A stretch of DNA of 64,000 nt, taken from contig CM068750.1 in assembly GCA_035084275.1 (NCBI GenBank), positions 11,842,001-11,906,000 of the forward strand, read 5' to 3'. Under the pieces are notes generated by a model that worked only from the letters and a program-made list of their open reading frames with translations, had not been told where the DNA came from and made no database searches. The stretch comes from Hydrolagus colliei (taxonomy: Eukaryota). Every line of letters begins with the position of its first letter. Position 1 is the stretch's first letter. Shown here piece after piece: positions 52,986 through 64,000 of this stretch. The position numbers were made by a program, and so were the translations under genes.

Positions 52986-53090
52986 ATAATACTTATTCTC
53001 GCATTTGATACAGCGACTTATCACTTCTTCAAGACATCTCAAAGCGCGTCACTGAATATATTTGTGAAGTGAATTGACTGTGTGTTTTCT
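52986..53090 (-). mobile_element. SINE family A tail
   Basis: gcatttgatacagcg…ctcaaagcgcgtcac…aagtgaattgactgtgtgtttt. Confidence 0.75.
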
Positions 53091-56000
53091 AAACATGCAC
53101 ACTTTTTCAATCCATGGTCATACATGAGAACCTAAAGATGATCACATTTTGAAAATGTTTGCATAACTTACAGTATCTTGAAATTTTCTTCAGAGAAATC
53201 TACACCTAGAAATTCAAATTTAAGAAAACATCTTAAACAGTTAGATATTGTAGCCATATTGTAGATGCAAAACAACTGCTGATCCTCTGTGCACAGGAGC
53301 TATATACTGTAGCTATATACTGTACTCTCCCCCGTATATAGATCTGCCGTCCTCCCGACACCAGATAAACATATACAATACTGTACTTGCATCAAGAAGC
53401 AATGTGCCTGGAGTGCTTACAACCCTATAATATTTGTAAAGGATCATGATTAAATTAGGCCTTGTGTTTTTGGAATGTAAATGTGATCAAGTAACTGCTC
53501 CAACTTGTTTCCATAAATTTCCTGCTGAGATCATAAAAACCAAATTTACTAATGTAATGAGGTCTTATTTAATAAAATTGAAGGTTATACAAATTAAAAG
53601 TGCCTTTCTGCCAGGGCAGAGGGATTGTATTATATTTTGTCATCAAAACTATGGACTTCTTAAAGTATGCAATTCTTTAAATTGATACTTATATTAAGAT
53701 TTTTCCCAAATAAAGGATAGTTACCTGCTAATGTATGCAATGTTCACAAAAGGCATTTTACTCCATAAAAGTTGCACTACAACCCCTTTCCCTACAAATC
53801 ATTTCCAAACTGAGCAATTATTTCCCGCTGAAAGTAGCATAGATTTCTACATTTGTGAATAGTTCTACAATAGTTCTGCATGCCATTTACATTCACTTTA
53901 CTAGTTAGCTGATAAAAAGAAATTGTGCAATTCGATGCAACAAATCTAAAGATTTGAAATATTTAGTGAGGTGTTTGAATATTTAAATTATGGGAAATGA
54001 ATGAGAAAAATAACTGGAATTTGTCAACTTTTCAATGTTAAGAAAATAGTTTTTTTTAAAAGTATATGTTAACAGACTAAAGTGGAGAAAAAATTAATTT
54101 GGCTGTCAATTTCTTTTTATGAATTCCATAAAAGCCTGTAATTTCTGTGATAAATAATTAATTACACTATTTTATTAGATTTGATGAATTCATCAGAATC
54201 GTGGTTTACTTGCTAGTTGTCACAGACTATAGTCATGAATCTGTCCTTTTTTTTTATATGACACTCGGGTTGAATTGATGGCCCTTTACAGGTCATCTTA
54301 TGTTACAACAGCATTTAGTTCAGATTTCATTTAAAGTTTAAAGATGTATGAATGCATTAGATTATTAAAAATAATTCATCTTGCAGTGCACATAAGGTAA
54401 TTATTTATGGTAATCTGAAAGCCTATTGAATAGGTTAATAGAATAGAATACATCTGGAATGAAGCAAACAGGTTTTATTCACATTGCAAGCTCTGGTTGA
54501 TTTGAATTCAAGAAATATTGATTCCGTTAGCTTCAAGATCCCACATTAAAAATACTCTAAAGTTTTATACGCTTTTTGCAAGCATGTTCTTAATGTTGTG
54601 TCTGAGTTCAAAAAATATTGTAATGTTTTGAAAACATTTTTTGTATGAGAATATCTCAGCAAAGCAATAAATGATAGGCACAATGATGTTTAGATCATAA
54701 ACATAAAGTAAAAAGTTTCTCAAATATCCAGTGACAGATAGTATAATTGATAAAATAAGAATTTGTTTAATGACCCTTACAGGCAATCAGCCACTTGTGA
54801 AATCTGCATATTAATAGCCTTTCAGTTAAATTTAAGATAAATCATCTTTGATTACCACCATGAGTGGTTCTTTGATTGACACATGAAGAACTAAACATAT
54901 GCAAAAATTACAGTGTTCTAAATATTAAAACTTATTTAATGCAATAAAATCTATTGCTACAGATATACAAATATTGTTTTGTAAATAAAGCATTTGTGAT
55001 ACACCAGATTTACCATTCCAATGATCTTAAATGGTCTATGACCCCTCATCCAGCATTGTTAATGCTCCCCTTTCTGATAGAGATATTCGATATGCCTCTT
55101 GATATAAGTGGTATGTGTATGACTCCTGCAGATGGCCTTAAGGAGAGTCTTGTACTCAAACTGCAACTCCATTCACAATATGTAATATTTAGTAGAAAGA
55201 AAACTTTGAATATCTTGTGGGGTTTTAGGATGTCTGTCATGAACTCCGCTACTCTGATTCAGTATGTCTTAAGAGTTTATGTCTTCCCATTTTAATTCAA
55301 GACTTTTAACTGTCTATACCCAATCTCACTGAATTGACATTTCCATCTCTTCAGCATAATTTTGGTGCAGTGTAACTACAGCCCAAAAATCAACACAATT
55401 AGACTCAACCCTATTTTCATAGTCTCTTCTATGCTATGCAGCAAGTACAGTTATTGATCTTACCAACCTATGCTTATAATAGTGAAGCCATAGTTTATTA
55501 CTGCTTTACTACTGGTAGATATGCAGAGTTCCTGGATACTGTTTGGACATTCCACCTCACCCTGCACAGATTGAAACAGTACGCTGTCTTACACCCTCTT
55601 TAGCTTCCTCTTTTTCAGTCTCATTTAAGGACCCCAATTTAAATCTCCATGTTTTAATTCCATAAACTGTATATTAAAAACTTTGACCGATGCATGAGCC
55701 ATTTTCAAATCACTGTTGTTATAAATCCTGTCACGCTCCACTCTTGCATTATATCATGTCATCTGAACCTCTCAATAAGGTACCTTTTCTGAAGCGTTAA
55801 TCTATTGAGTAATTTGTATGTGATGTCTAAATAGGATAAATTTCCACAATTAATATCTACAACTTCTGTGGGTAGAAGTGATATTTTCAATAGCCAGGAT
55901 GCATTAGCGAATTGCAAAAAACATAAACAGTGAAACTCGTGTCGTATAACATTTTGCAAAATGTGTTTAAAATAAAACCAGCTTAATACAGTACAGTTAT

Positions 56001-56292
56001 TTAGAATATTGTACAGTAATCATAGAGCTTGTTTAGCTAAAAGAAACGATTGGCACAATTTATACAATAGAACCTTCCATTTGATTTATGTTCTACTCTT
56101 TCTCATGAAATGGTTCCTGTATTGCAACATCACAGCTGGCCTCTAACAAACAAACACGCTGTTTTCACTCTGGACCTGAATAAATATTGCTTCCATCAAT
56201 AAAGTAACATGGAGCAGGATACCTGAGTTATAATCATTACACTGAGTGGGATTGAGAGCAGCTCCACAACTAACTGACTGTGCAGAACTCTA

Positions 56293-56630
56293 TCCGTTCA
56301 GCAGGACTTGGTTTGCTCCAAGCCCCCCGCCCGAACCGCCCCACCATCGGAGGCCAGGCCTTCAGCTTCTCCGCTCCCACCCTATGGAATTCCATCCCCC
56401 AATCCCTCTGTCTTGTTTCATCCCTTTCCTCTTTCAAGGCTGGTTTAAAGACTTTCCTTTTCGACCGTGCCTTTTGTTCCCCACCTAATTTTTCGACCTC
56501 CCCCACGTTTTTTACCCCCTCCCGAACACTCCCCTCCCAGCTCGGGTCACACGTCTCCTGTGCAGCGCCTTGGGACGTCCTCCCGACGTGAAAGGCGCTC
56601 TATAAGTCTAATTTGTTGTTGTTGTTGTTG
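56293..56630 (+). mobile_element. Relatively young 5'-truncated L2, same subfamily as 26731-27201
   Basis: GGQAFSFSAPTLWNSIP…FKAGLKTFLF; intact stem-loop GCGCCTT-GGG-ACGTC-CTCCC-GACGT-GA-AAGGCGC; (TTG)6 tail. Confidence 0.95.
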
Positions 56631-56659
56631 GTTTTTGTTTTTAATCTTCGGGTCTGTAC

Positions 56660-56732
56660 ATTGATTGTCCAGTGCCTTGGGACATCCTCTCAACATTAAA
56701 GGCACTATACAAATGTAATTTTTGTTGTTGTT
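56660..56732 (+). mobile_element. L2 3'-terminal fragment
   Basis: attgattgtccagtgccttgggacatcctc…aaatgtaatttttgttgttgtt. Confidence 0.8.
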
Positions 56733-57191
56733 AGAAAAAGCCAAGTACCGCAACCAGCTCATTAATAACATTATGATACAATGCATTCAGTAGTGTCCAA
56801 GAATGTTTTAGGCCCCATTGCTGAGCAAAGCCCAAATTGATTTAAACCCATTGCATTTATACTGCAGCTGTGCATCTTGGCTTACTGCCAAAACCACCAC
56901 CTGACAGTGTGAACACAGAACAAAACTCCTGAGCATTCATCGCCACAACCCCACATCGTCATGGGACAGCTATAACCCTGTGGTATTGCACTGTGGATCA
57001 CATTCATTTTCACTGCTACATGTAGACTACTTCAAAGTAACTAGGGAAAAACACAGGTATCTTGGGTGTTTAGATATTCTGTTTACGCAAGTGTAAAGTC
57101 AAGCCACATGGGTTTCTGCATTCCCGATTGCCTTCCTGGATGGTTTTATTCAGCTATCTTTCTTTACCTGAGTTGTGACTTATCAGAAGTG

Positions 57192-57244
57192 AATTCCTCC
57201 TGATGTGAAAGGTGCTGTACATATGTAATTTGTTGTTGTTGTTG
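57192..57244 (+). mobile_element. L2 3'-terminal fragment
   Basis: tcctcctgatgtgaaaggtgctgtacatatgtaatttgttgttgttgttg. Confidence 0.8.
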
Positions 57245-57397
57245 AATATCTGGCAAACTTTGCACGGTGAAGTGGGCTCTCCTTAGCACCTTCCGATGGT
57301 GATATTGAGTACTGAACTAGTGAAATTGGGCTTTTCTGCCTAAAGCAATTGACGTACTGCACTTATTTTATTTTAATTTGTTTTCTAACCAGACTGT

Positions 57398-57500
57398 TTT
57401 TACATTTGATGTAAAGCTTTGTCATGTCGTTGAGACTTCTCAAAGCGTTTCACAGAATATGTTGTAAAGTAGATTGACTGTGTATTTTGGGGGCAAAATC
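57398..57500 (-). mobile_element. SINE family A tail
   Basis: catttgatgtaaagc…ctcaaagcgtttcacagaatat…attgactgtgtattttg. Confidence 0.75.
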
Positions 57501-57539
57501 ACTTTATTCTGAGCTTCTCAAGAATCCATGTCCAGCATG

Positions 57540-58600
57540 TGGCCCCCAGGGCTCTGTCCTTGGTCCTCTCCTTTTCAACATCTGTCTGCTCCCTCTTGAT
57601 GAAATCATCCTCAGGCATGGGGTCAACTTCCACATGTATGTGGATGATGCCCAACTATCTTTCTGCCTCCACCCTCGATTTCAGGATCACTGCTGTCCTG
57701 ACAGACTGACTGTCGGACATCAATCCTGGATGAGAGCTAACTTTCTACCGTTGAATGTCAACAAGACAGAGGTCCTCCTGATTGGCACGCACCAATGCCT
57801 CCACACCTCAGGCACTGGCAGCATCAACTTCCATGGTTGCACACTCAACCTCACCAAGCCAGTCAGGAACCTAGGTGTCTTGTTCAATCATCAACTGTCT
57901 TTCCTCCCACACATCCAAGCCATGACTCGCTCTGCCTTCCCTCACCTCTGCAACATTGCCCGACTCCGCCACTACCTCACCCTTCAGGCTGCTGAAACTC
58001 TTTTTCAAGCTTTTATCACATCCAGACTTGACTATGCCAATGCACTGCTTGTCGGACTATGCAACTCCTCCCTCCATAGGCTGCAGATCATCCAGAACTT
58101 TGCAGCTTGTGTCCTCTCCCGCACCAAGCTCTATAGCACTTATCATCCCCATTCTCGCCTGACTCCACTGGCTTCCAATTACTCAGAGGATTCAATTCAA
58201 GATCCTGGTTCTCACCTTTAAAGCCCTCCATAGCTTTGCCCCACCCTACCTCTGCGATCTCCTAGCCCTCTACCAACCTGTCTGCTCCATCCACTCAGTG
58301 GGCTCTGGCCTGCTCCATGTCCCCCGCCCCACCATCAGTGGGTAATCCTTCAGCCACTCTCACCCAACCTTTGAAATTCCATCCCATAATCCCTCCACTG
58401 CACCCCCTCCGTAGCTTCCTTCAAGTCCTACCTCAGCACCTTCCTCTTCAACCGTGCCATTGATCACTTCACTTCCCCTCTCCCCTCCCTTCTCCCTCCC
58501 TGATCTCGACCCTAGCTCGAGTCCGAAAGATTGACTGTCTAGTGCCTTATGTCCTCCTGACGTGAAAGGTGCTGTACAAATGAAATTTTGTTGTTGTTGT
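57540..58600 (+). mobile_element. 5'-truncated L2 with reverse-transcriptase C-terminal half (inactive)
   Basis: [17 protein letters not shown] (catalytic YxDD), [30 protein letters not shown], with frameshifts; (TTG)n tail at about 58588-58600. Confidence 0.95.
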
Positions 58601-61337
58601 AAAGGAGGTGGAGGATCAACATTGAGTCAGTTGGAACTCAGAAAGCAGTTAAACAATTTCAGACAAGGGGAACTACATTTCCTTTGACTTTAACTGCTGT
58701 TAGTTTAGTTTCGACTAAATCCTGTGAATCCAGCTACAGTGCCAATTGACATTTACACAGCTTTTTAAATGGATGTAAAAGTATTGCGTGACAGAACAAC
58801 TTCACACATCCACTGACAGGAGCAAGTGACCTCCTGGTCATTAATTGAAAAGCAATTGATATGTGTTTTTAAAGCTTTCTGCCAGAGGAACTATTTGAGC
58901 GGAAACCAGTTGGGTGAAGAGTTAGAAAGTGCTTTTTGCACTTTTGAATGCAATTTATATCGCTACATTAGTTAAGCAATTTTTTGAACTCGGAATCTAG
59001 ATCTGATTACTACCATTGACAAACCATTGAATAGTAGAGGATAGTAAAACTGCTTCTTTGCCTGAACAGGAAGGGCATCATGCAGCATATACACAAAGAA
59101 AACAATTCACTCATCCTCCTGGTGGATCGAGGGGAAATGTTTTGTTAAATGACCATTTTACACAGTGATCATCTTAACACAACAATATTTTTCAGCAGCT
59201 TTGTGACCTCGGGCAGATTGTGGAGTGACAGACGACAAACATGCAATCCCAACCTGATTTCATTCCCTGAAAAAAATTGTGAAAGAAATTGATAATATTT
59301 GGTAAGGGGAAAGCTGATTTTAGTAACTATATATTCAACATAATGTAACCGCAATGTGTCTGTTTCAGCAGCCGGATATCCGTCATCTCATTCTGCTTTC
59401 TGTAGGCTTTTGGCCAAGTGACATTATTAATAGCTGCCTAAATACTTTGCACAACACAAATAGTAAAACCTTTCTGCTTCCCGTCTGACATTTGCTGTAC
59501 AGCTAAAAGTGCAGTAAACAGAGGCTTAATGCCTGGGGATCAAAGTGTAAAATACATTAACGGAGCAAGAAAGGTTAGCTTTACCTGGCTTCACATTTCC
59601 ACTGCATTAATATGGAGAATAAGCGCTGCAGATCTGACTTGATTTCTTACAAAGAGCAAATGTTCAGTCAGTGTTTCCAATTGTGCTTCAGATTGTGTCT
59701 CTGTCATGCTTATCAAATACACTACAATTCTGAGCATGATTTTTTATTATATTCTACCTTTTTTTGCTCCAACATTTCAGAAAGCACAAGTGAATAATTC
59801 CATAGATGGTTGATGTTCTGTGTTTCCTATGTAATAAAATGTTGAGCGGTTTAAATTTTAATGATAAATTCATTTAAATGCTGCTGAATTCCATTTACTT
59901 AAGAATCAGAGCTGAGCAAGGTTGAGATTTAATCTTGCCACTGCCCCCTCGAGGATTTATATAATTACTGCCGTTTGTTGCCATCCCAGGATTTCAATGC
60001 ATTCAGTTTTGTTGGTCTCGTAATTCTGGCAAAGAGATAACTGCAAATGGCAAATAATTCAGTCTGGAATAAACTGAGAAAATATCACCAAGGCCTTTCT
60101 TGGGCCACAATTTGTCATATCTTCTGATAGGAAACAAATTCTATTCATAAAGATTTTATTTTTCATCTCTGTGTGATTCAATAGCAATTCAATTATGGTT
60201 TTCTGAGATAGTAAGCCCAGAGAGTCCAGGACTCCATTCTGACAAAAAATATGACAGGACAGTTACAGAGTGTTTATGCAATTAAACCTTCAGTGACAAT
60301 ACATGTAAAATGATGAATGTGTGGGTGTAGGTTTATGTGTACAAGCAATGCCCCGCAAGTATTGCACATTTTTCATTATTATACAACTTCACAGATCTTT
60401 CAAGAATTGCCTGGAGTGAACTACTGCAGAATACGCTATTATACAGCATGTTAACCATACCTTTTTTTAAGCTGTTCCTGATGTGTCATTGAAAGAGCAT
60501 CTATTTTATAGGAATGTTCAAATTTGGAGATATTTTAAATTAAATAAAAAAGAGTAGACAATGAGTTTCAATTCTGCTATTGAACATTAAAATATATATC
60601 AATTGAAGAAAAATGTTTCCCCCAATAATATTGATTTGCCAATACAATCCTAATACATTTGTGTTGCATGCAAAATTTAATTTTCATTTAAATCATCGAG
60701 TGTGTTAAACTAATAAAACAGCATTTAACATCAAAAGAGAATTTAATATCTACATCTTGCAGAAAATAACAACTTTAAATGGGCCGAGTTAGAGTAATGG
60801 AGGTTGGCAGGGTTATTTATTATATATGTGCTCACAAGAGAAATTCAGTTGAGGAAAGACATTCAGTATATTTTACAAAGTGCTTGATCTCGGTCTTCTA
60901 AAATTCCAACTTTACACGACCAAGCTGTTCCTCTATGATTCCAGTAGTTTGATCTCAAGAACTCTGCGATAACCAATTCCAGTTGTTAATTTTTTGGTAC
61001 CTGGCCTTAATTTGTTCTTCATAACCTTAACACTGACTTCTTCTCCTGCTGATTTTGGATTATTTTGTTCGGGTGGATGTTTAAAATCCTGTGGTAGTAT
61101 TCGAAAGTAGAAGAGAGTTTCTCCCGTTACCATGGTCAACAATCCCCCAAATAACATTGGTAATTCACTTCATTGGCTGCCATGTTCGTGGTCATTACAT
61201 TTTTACAGTACAGCAGTAAAGCTCTTTAAGACATCCTCCGGACACAAGGGGCATAATATCAAGTGGCTTTGCCAAGTGGTATCTGCTCAAAGTCTCGTTA
61301 TGTGCTTCCAAAGGTGTTTGAATGTAGTTTGCATGTT

Positions 61338-61642
61338 ATAATAATAATCCTTGCATTTTGATATAGTGCTTTTCACATCTTATCGACCACTCAAAGCACT
61401 TCACAGAATACAGTATCCTGTACTGTAAAGTAATTGACTGTATATTTGTGGGCGAAACGCTGCAGCCAATTGCGCACAGCTGTGTCCCACAATACAGTCG
61501 TGGATTGAAATGACCAATTTTATTAGTGTTTGTTTTTTTGGAGGGATTATTATTAGGCATATGGAGTAAAGAAACTTGCCTAAGGTTTCGCCCTAACCTG
61601 CCTGGATTCGAATACAGTGCTCTAACCACTGAGCTACAGGAG
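61338..61642 (-). mobile_element. SINE family A, near full length with a deletion in the head
   Basis: ataataataatccttgcatttt…gaaacttgcctaaggtttcgccc…cctggattcgaa…gtgctctaaccactgagctacagga. Confidence 0.9.
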
Positions 61643-61929
61643 TATGTTACTCATCTCAAAAGGGTGGTTTGCTGAATGGACTCATGGTCTTCTTTTCTCA
61701 AGTGTTATCCTCAATTGATTGAGCTACCTGGAGATATAAGGGCATATGGCTGTGATTCTCCACCTAGTTCTCAATCTTGCTGAGGCATTGTGAATGAGTG
61801 GGAAATTGAAGGAGCAATGTCGAGCTGAGCACTTTTCAATGCTTTGTTATGGGCCATGTGTAACCATACAGCAAGCCTTGGCTTCTCAAACTTTGCAAAG
61901 GAAACAAAACAAAAGAAAAAATGCCAACA

Positions 61930-62072
61930 ATAAATAAATAATCTTTGCATTTGATATAGCATTCTTATCATGTTTTGGAGATATCTCAAATTGTGAGATA
62001 GAAGCACTGTACATTGATTGTGGGCGAAACATGGCAGCCAATTGCGCATAAACAGTCTTGGATTGAGTAACC
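61930..62072 (-). mobile_element. SINE family A 3' half
   Basis: aataatctttgcatttgatatagc…gtgggcgaaacatggcagccaattgcgca. Confidence 0.8.
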
Positions 62073-62094
62073 ACATTTTTTTCAATATATCTGC

Positions 62095-62222
62095 GCTTGA
62101 TCACTATCCCGTGCACCTGCCAGAACTGTAAGTGTAGAAATGCTGAGCGAGAACAGGATTGGCCTAGCTAAGATGCCCATACTTGGGTGAACTGACAACT
62201 TCTCAGCTCACACGGGAGGGAG
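62095..62222 (+). mobile_element. SINE family B internal fragment
   Basis: tgatcactatcc…gagaacaggattggcctagct…gatgccc…gctcacac. Confidence 0.5.
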
Positions 62223-62629
62223 GGAAAACTCAATCTAATCTCCAAATAGCAGTACAAAGAATCACAGAGGTGTCTGCAAGGTGAGGTTCTACTGTACTGT
62301 ATATTATACCTCAATACTCTGCCACTTCTCAGCAAAGAACATATTTATTTCATCGGCGACTGGATATAAACCCTAAGTCGCTCACTTCAGGTGAAATTAA
62401 ATTGGTGTTTTAGTTCTGAAAATAGTTAATCCCATTAAGCCGGAATGAATATTACGGTATCAAGATATTTATTTCCTCCTACTCAGTAAATTTATTCAAC
62501 TTGCTTCTGTTTTGTTCTTAGACATAATTATTTCTAAGTATGAACCCAAATGATTTCCTAGTGGACCATCCTGTCTCAGACTAAGTAAGAGAACTGGGCT
62601 GGGATAATTCACAGAATTCCTCAGGGGTC

Positions 62630-62792
62630 NNNNNNNNNNNNNNNNNNNNNNNNNNNNNNNNNNNNNNNNNNNNNNNNNNNNNNNNNNNNNNNNNNNNNNN
62701 NNNNNNNNNNNNNNNNNNNNNNNNNNNNNNNNNNNNNNNNNNNNNNNNNNNNNNNNNNNNNNNNNNNNNNNNNNNNNNNNNNNNNNNNNNNN
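62630..62792. other. Assembly gap (163 N)
   Basis: Run of N. Confidence 1.
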
Positions 62793-62951
62793 CAAAGCAG
62801 CCACCTGCAACCCAAACCCCTCGTGTGGTTTGATAGCACTAATGCAGCCTGATTTGAGAAAGGAAGTGTATTAGAGGGGGTGAGAAAGAATTAAAATGAT
62901 CTGTGACATTCTATTCATTTATACATCACACATGTCCTTTATTGAAATGAA

Positions 62952-63062
62952 ATGTTTCACCCACAAAATACACAGTCAATTTACAATATATTCTGTGAAG
63001 CGCTTTGAGACGTCTCAACAACATTATAAGGCACTATATCAAATACAAGCATTATTATTATT
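62952..63062 (+). mobile_element. SINE family A tail
   Basis: gtttcacccacaaaatacacagtcaat…gaagcgctttgagacgtctc…atcaaatacaagcattattatta. Confidence 0.85.
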
Positions 63063-63903
63063 TTCTCTCACACTCCTGCACAATATAGATTTTTCAGAAA
63101 TTGTGTAGAGTTAAGACTAAAACATTTTGGAAGAGTAGTTATTTAAAAGGTAAAATGTAATATAATCCGCTGTTTGAGTTATCAAAAAATTAATTTTGTG
63201 CAATAGTAACAGTCCTCCAAATCAATAATTGCAATCCTGCAAATCTATATTTATTAACTAAGCTTTAAACAATATCGCCCAGTTCATCACAACCTAATTA
63301 CAGGCACCACAGTATGATTTGTTTCCCTTCTGCAGGAAGAAGGACAGCAAAGAGAATTTTAATAAGAGCAAACTTTCAAAAAAAGAATTGATTTGTATGA
63401 AACCTATGTTTTATTTAAACCTAAATCAAAAAAATTACAGCAGCATGAAAACGTATTTATAAAAGGAATAAAAGTGTGTCCACTCTCAGCTGATTAATTT
63501 GGATAAATTCAGTCCTGCTGAAGGATCACAACACAATTTTCAAGATGCAGCTTTTACTTTAAGACCCTGGCAGGCTTGTATTTCTATAGCTGATACCAAG
63601 AGAAATACATCAAGAATAATTAATCTATTTCATTAACTACTTTGCTGCTGGGAGAAATTTCAACCCAATGCTAAAGGGGAACTTAGATTGTTTATGTATA
63701 CAACATTATCACAATTCATTACCAATAGGTGTTGGACTAGAGCTACACATGAATCCATTATAAATTTAGTGAGTTATAAATGTCTGCAAGTGCACAAGGA
63801 CACGCGCACACATACATACACCACATACATAAACCACATACATACAATAAACAGTAATTCCATATGCAAGCAGGCATACAAATACTCCATACCCTATTCC
63901 AGT

Positions 63904-64000
63904 GGAGGCCTGTAGCTCAGTGGTTAGAGCAGTCGCCTGCAAGCAAGAGACCTGGGTTTGATTCTTGGCAGAGTGAAACCTTGGGGAAGTTTCCTTACTC
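63904..64000 (+). mobile_element. SINE family A head (runs off the window)
   Basis: GGAGGCCTGTAGCTCAGTGGTTAGAGCA…GGTTTGATTC…accttggggaagtttccttactc. Confidence 0.85.

Larger units (their letters stand above)
43928..64000 (+). other. NPAS3: NPAS3 intron downstream of the exon (continues past the window)
   Basis: GT donor at 43928; the expected next exon (…ERSFFIRMKSTL…) was not found in the window. Confidence 0.8.

Noticed and set aside
54182-54195. 14-bp palindrome TGATGAATTCATCA, and short tandem duplications at about 31089 and 53298
   Set aside because: Lengths are compatible with chance or replication slippage in 64 kb of AT-rich DNA.
56467-56664. Small Cys-rich peptides (…ICCCCC) here and at 26682-26894
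   Set aside because: These are translations of the L2 (TTG)n tail.
57487-58221. 244-aa ORF as a functional reverse-transcriptase gene or retron-like system
   Set aside because: It is a 5'-truncated L2 relic. It starts inside an antisense SINE tail, lacks the endonuclease and N-terminal RT motifs, and drifts out of the RT frame.
16472-58600. Recurrent GGGACGTCCTCCCGACGTGAAAGG motif as a CRISPR-like repeat or ncRNA
   Set aside because: The copies are dispersed, in both orientations and attached to (TTG)n tails; this is the L2 3' stem-loop. There is no regular spacer array or cas gene.
63904-63975. tRNA-Ala genes here and at 22148
   Set aside because: No paired acceptor stem, and both continue directly into a repeated SINE body.
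1-64000. Remaining 60-130 aa ORFs as genes
   Set aside because: No recognisable domains, many non-ATG starts, and composition typical of random AT-rich intron or repeat sequence.

Overview
AT-rich vertebrate genomic DNA; the repeat content suggests a cartilaginous fish (shark or chimaera), which is an inference. The window lies inside the NPAS3 gene (bHLH-PAS transcription factor, + strand). One 175-nt coding exon (43753-43927, part of the PAS-A region) is flanked by intron on both sides. The introns hold 5'-truncated L2 LINEs with (TTG)n tails, CR1 fragments, at least four kinds of tRNA-derived SINE, a 213-bp Tc1/mariner-Tigger-type MITE, a 648-bp solo LTR with a 4-bp target-site duplication (TSD), and two assembly gaps. 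Almost all other ORFs in the track are chance or repeat-derived, and I see no prokaryote-type system. The best lead is the solo LTR. It is antisense to NPAS3, carries clustered bHLH/bHLH-PAS-type sites, and contains a sense-strand splice acceptor in frame with the NPAS3 exon, which could give a truncated IPAS-like isoform (a hypothesis only). Other leads are inverted L2 pairs bracketing the exon, a back-to-back double L2 insertion with a templated junction, and an apparent excess of TACAGTA/TACTGTA transposon-footprint motifs. Repeat boundaries are approximate unless a TSD or terminal repeat is quoted, and family names come from recalled consensus motifs rather than a database search.
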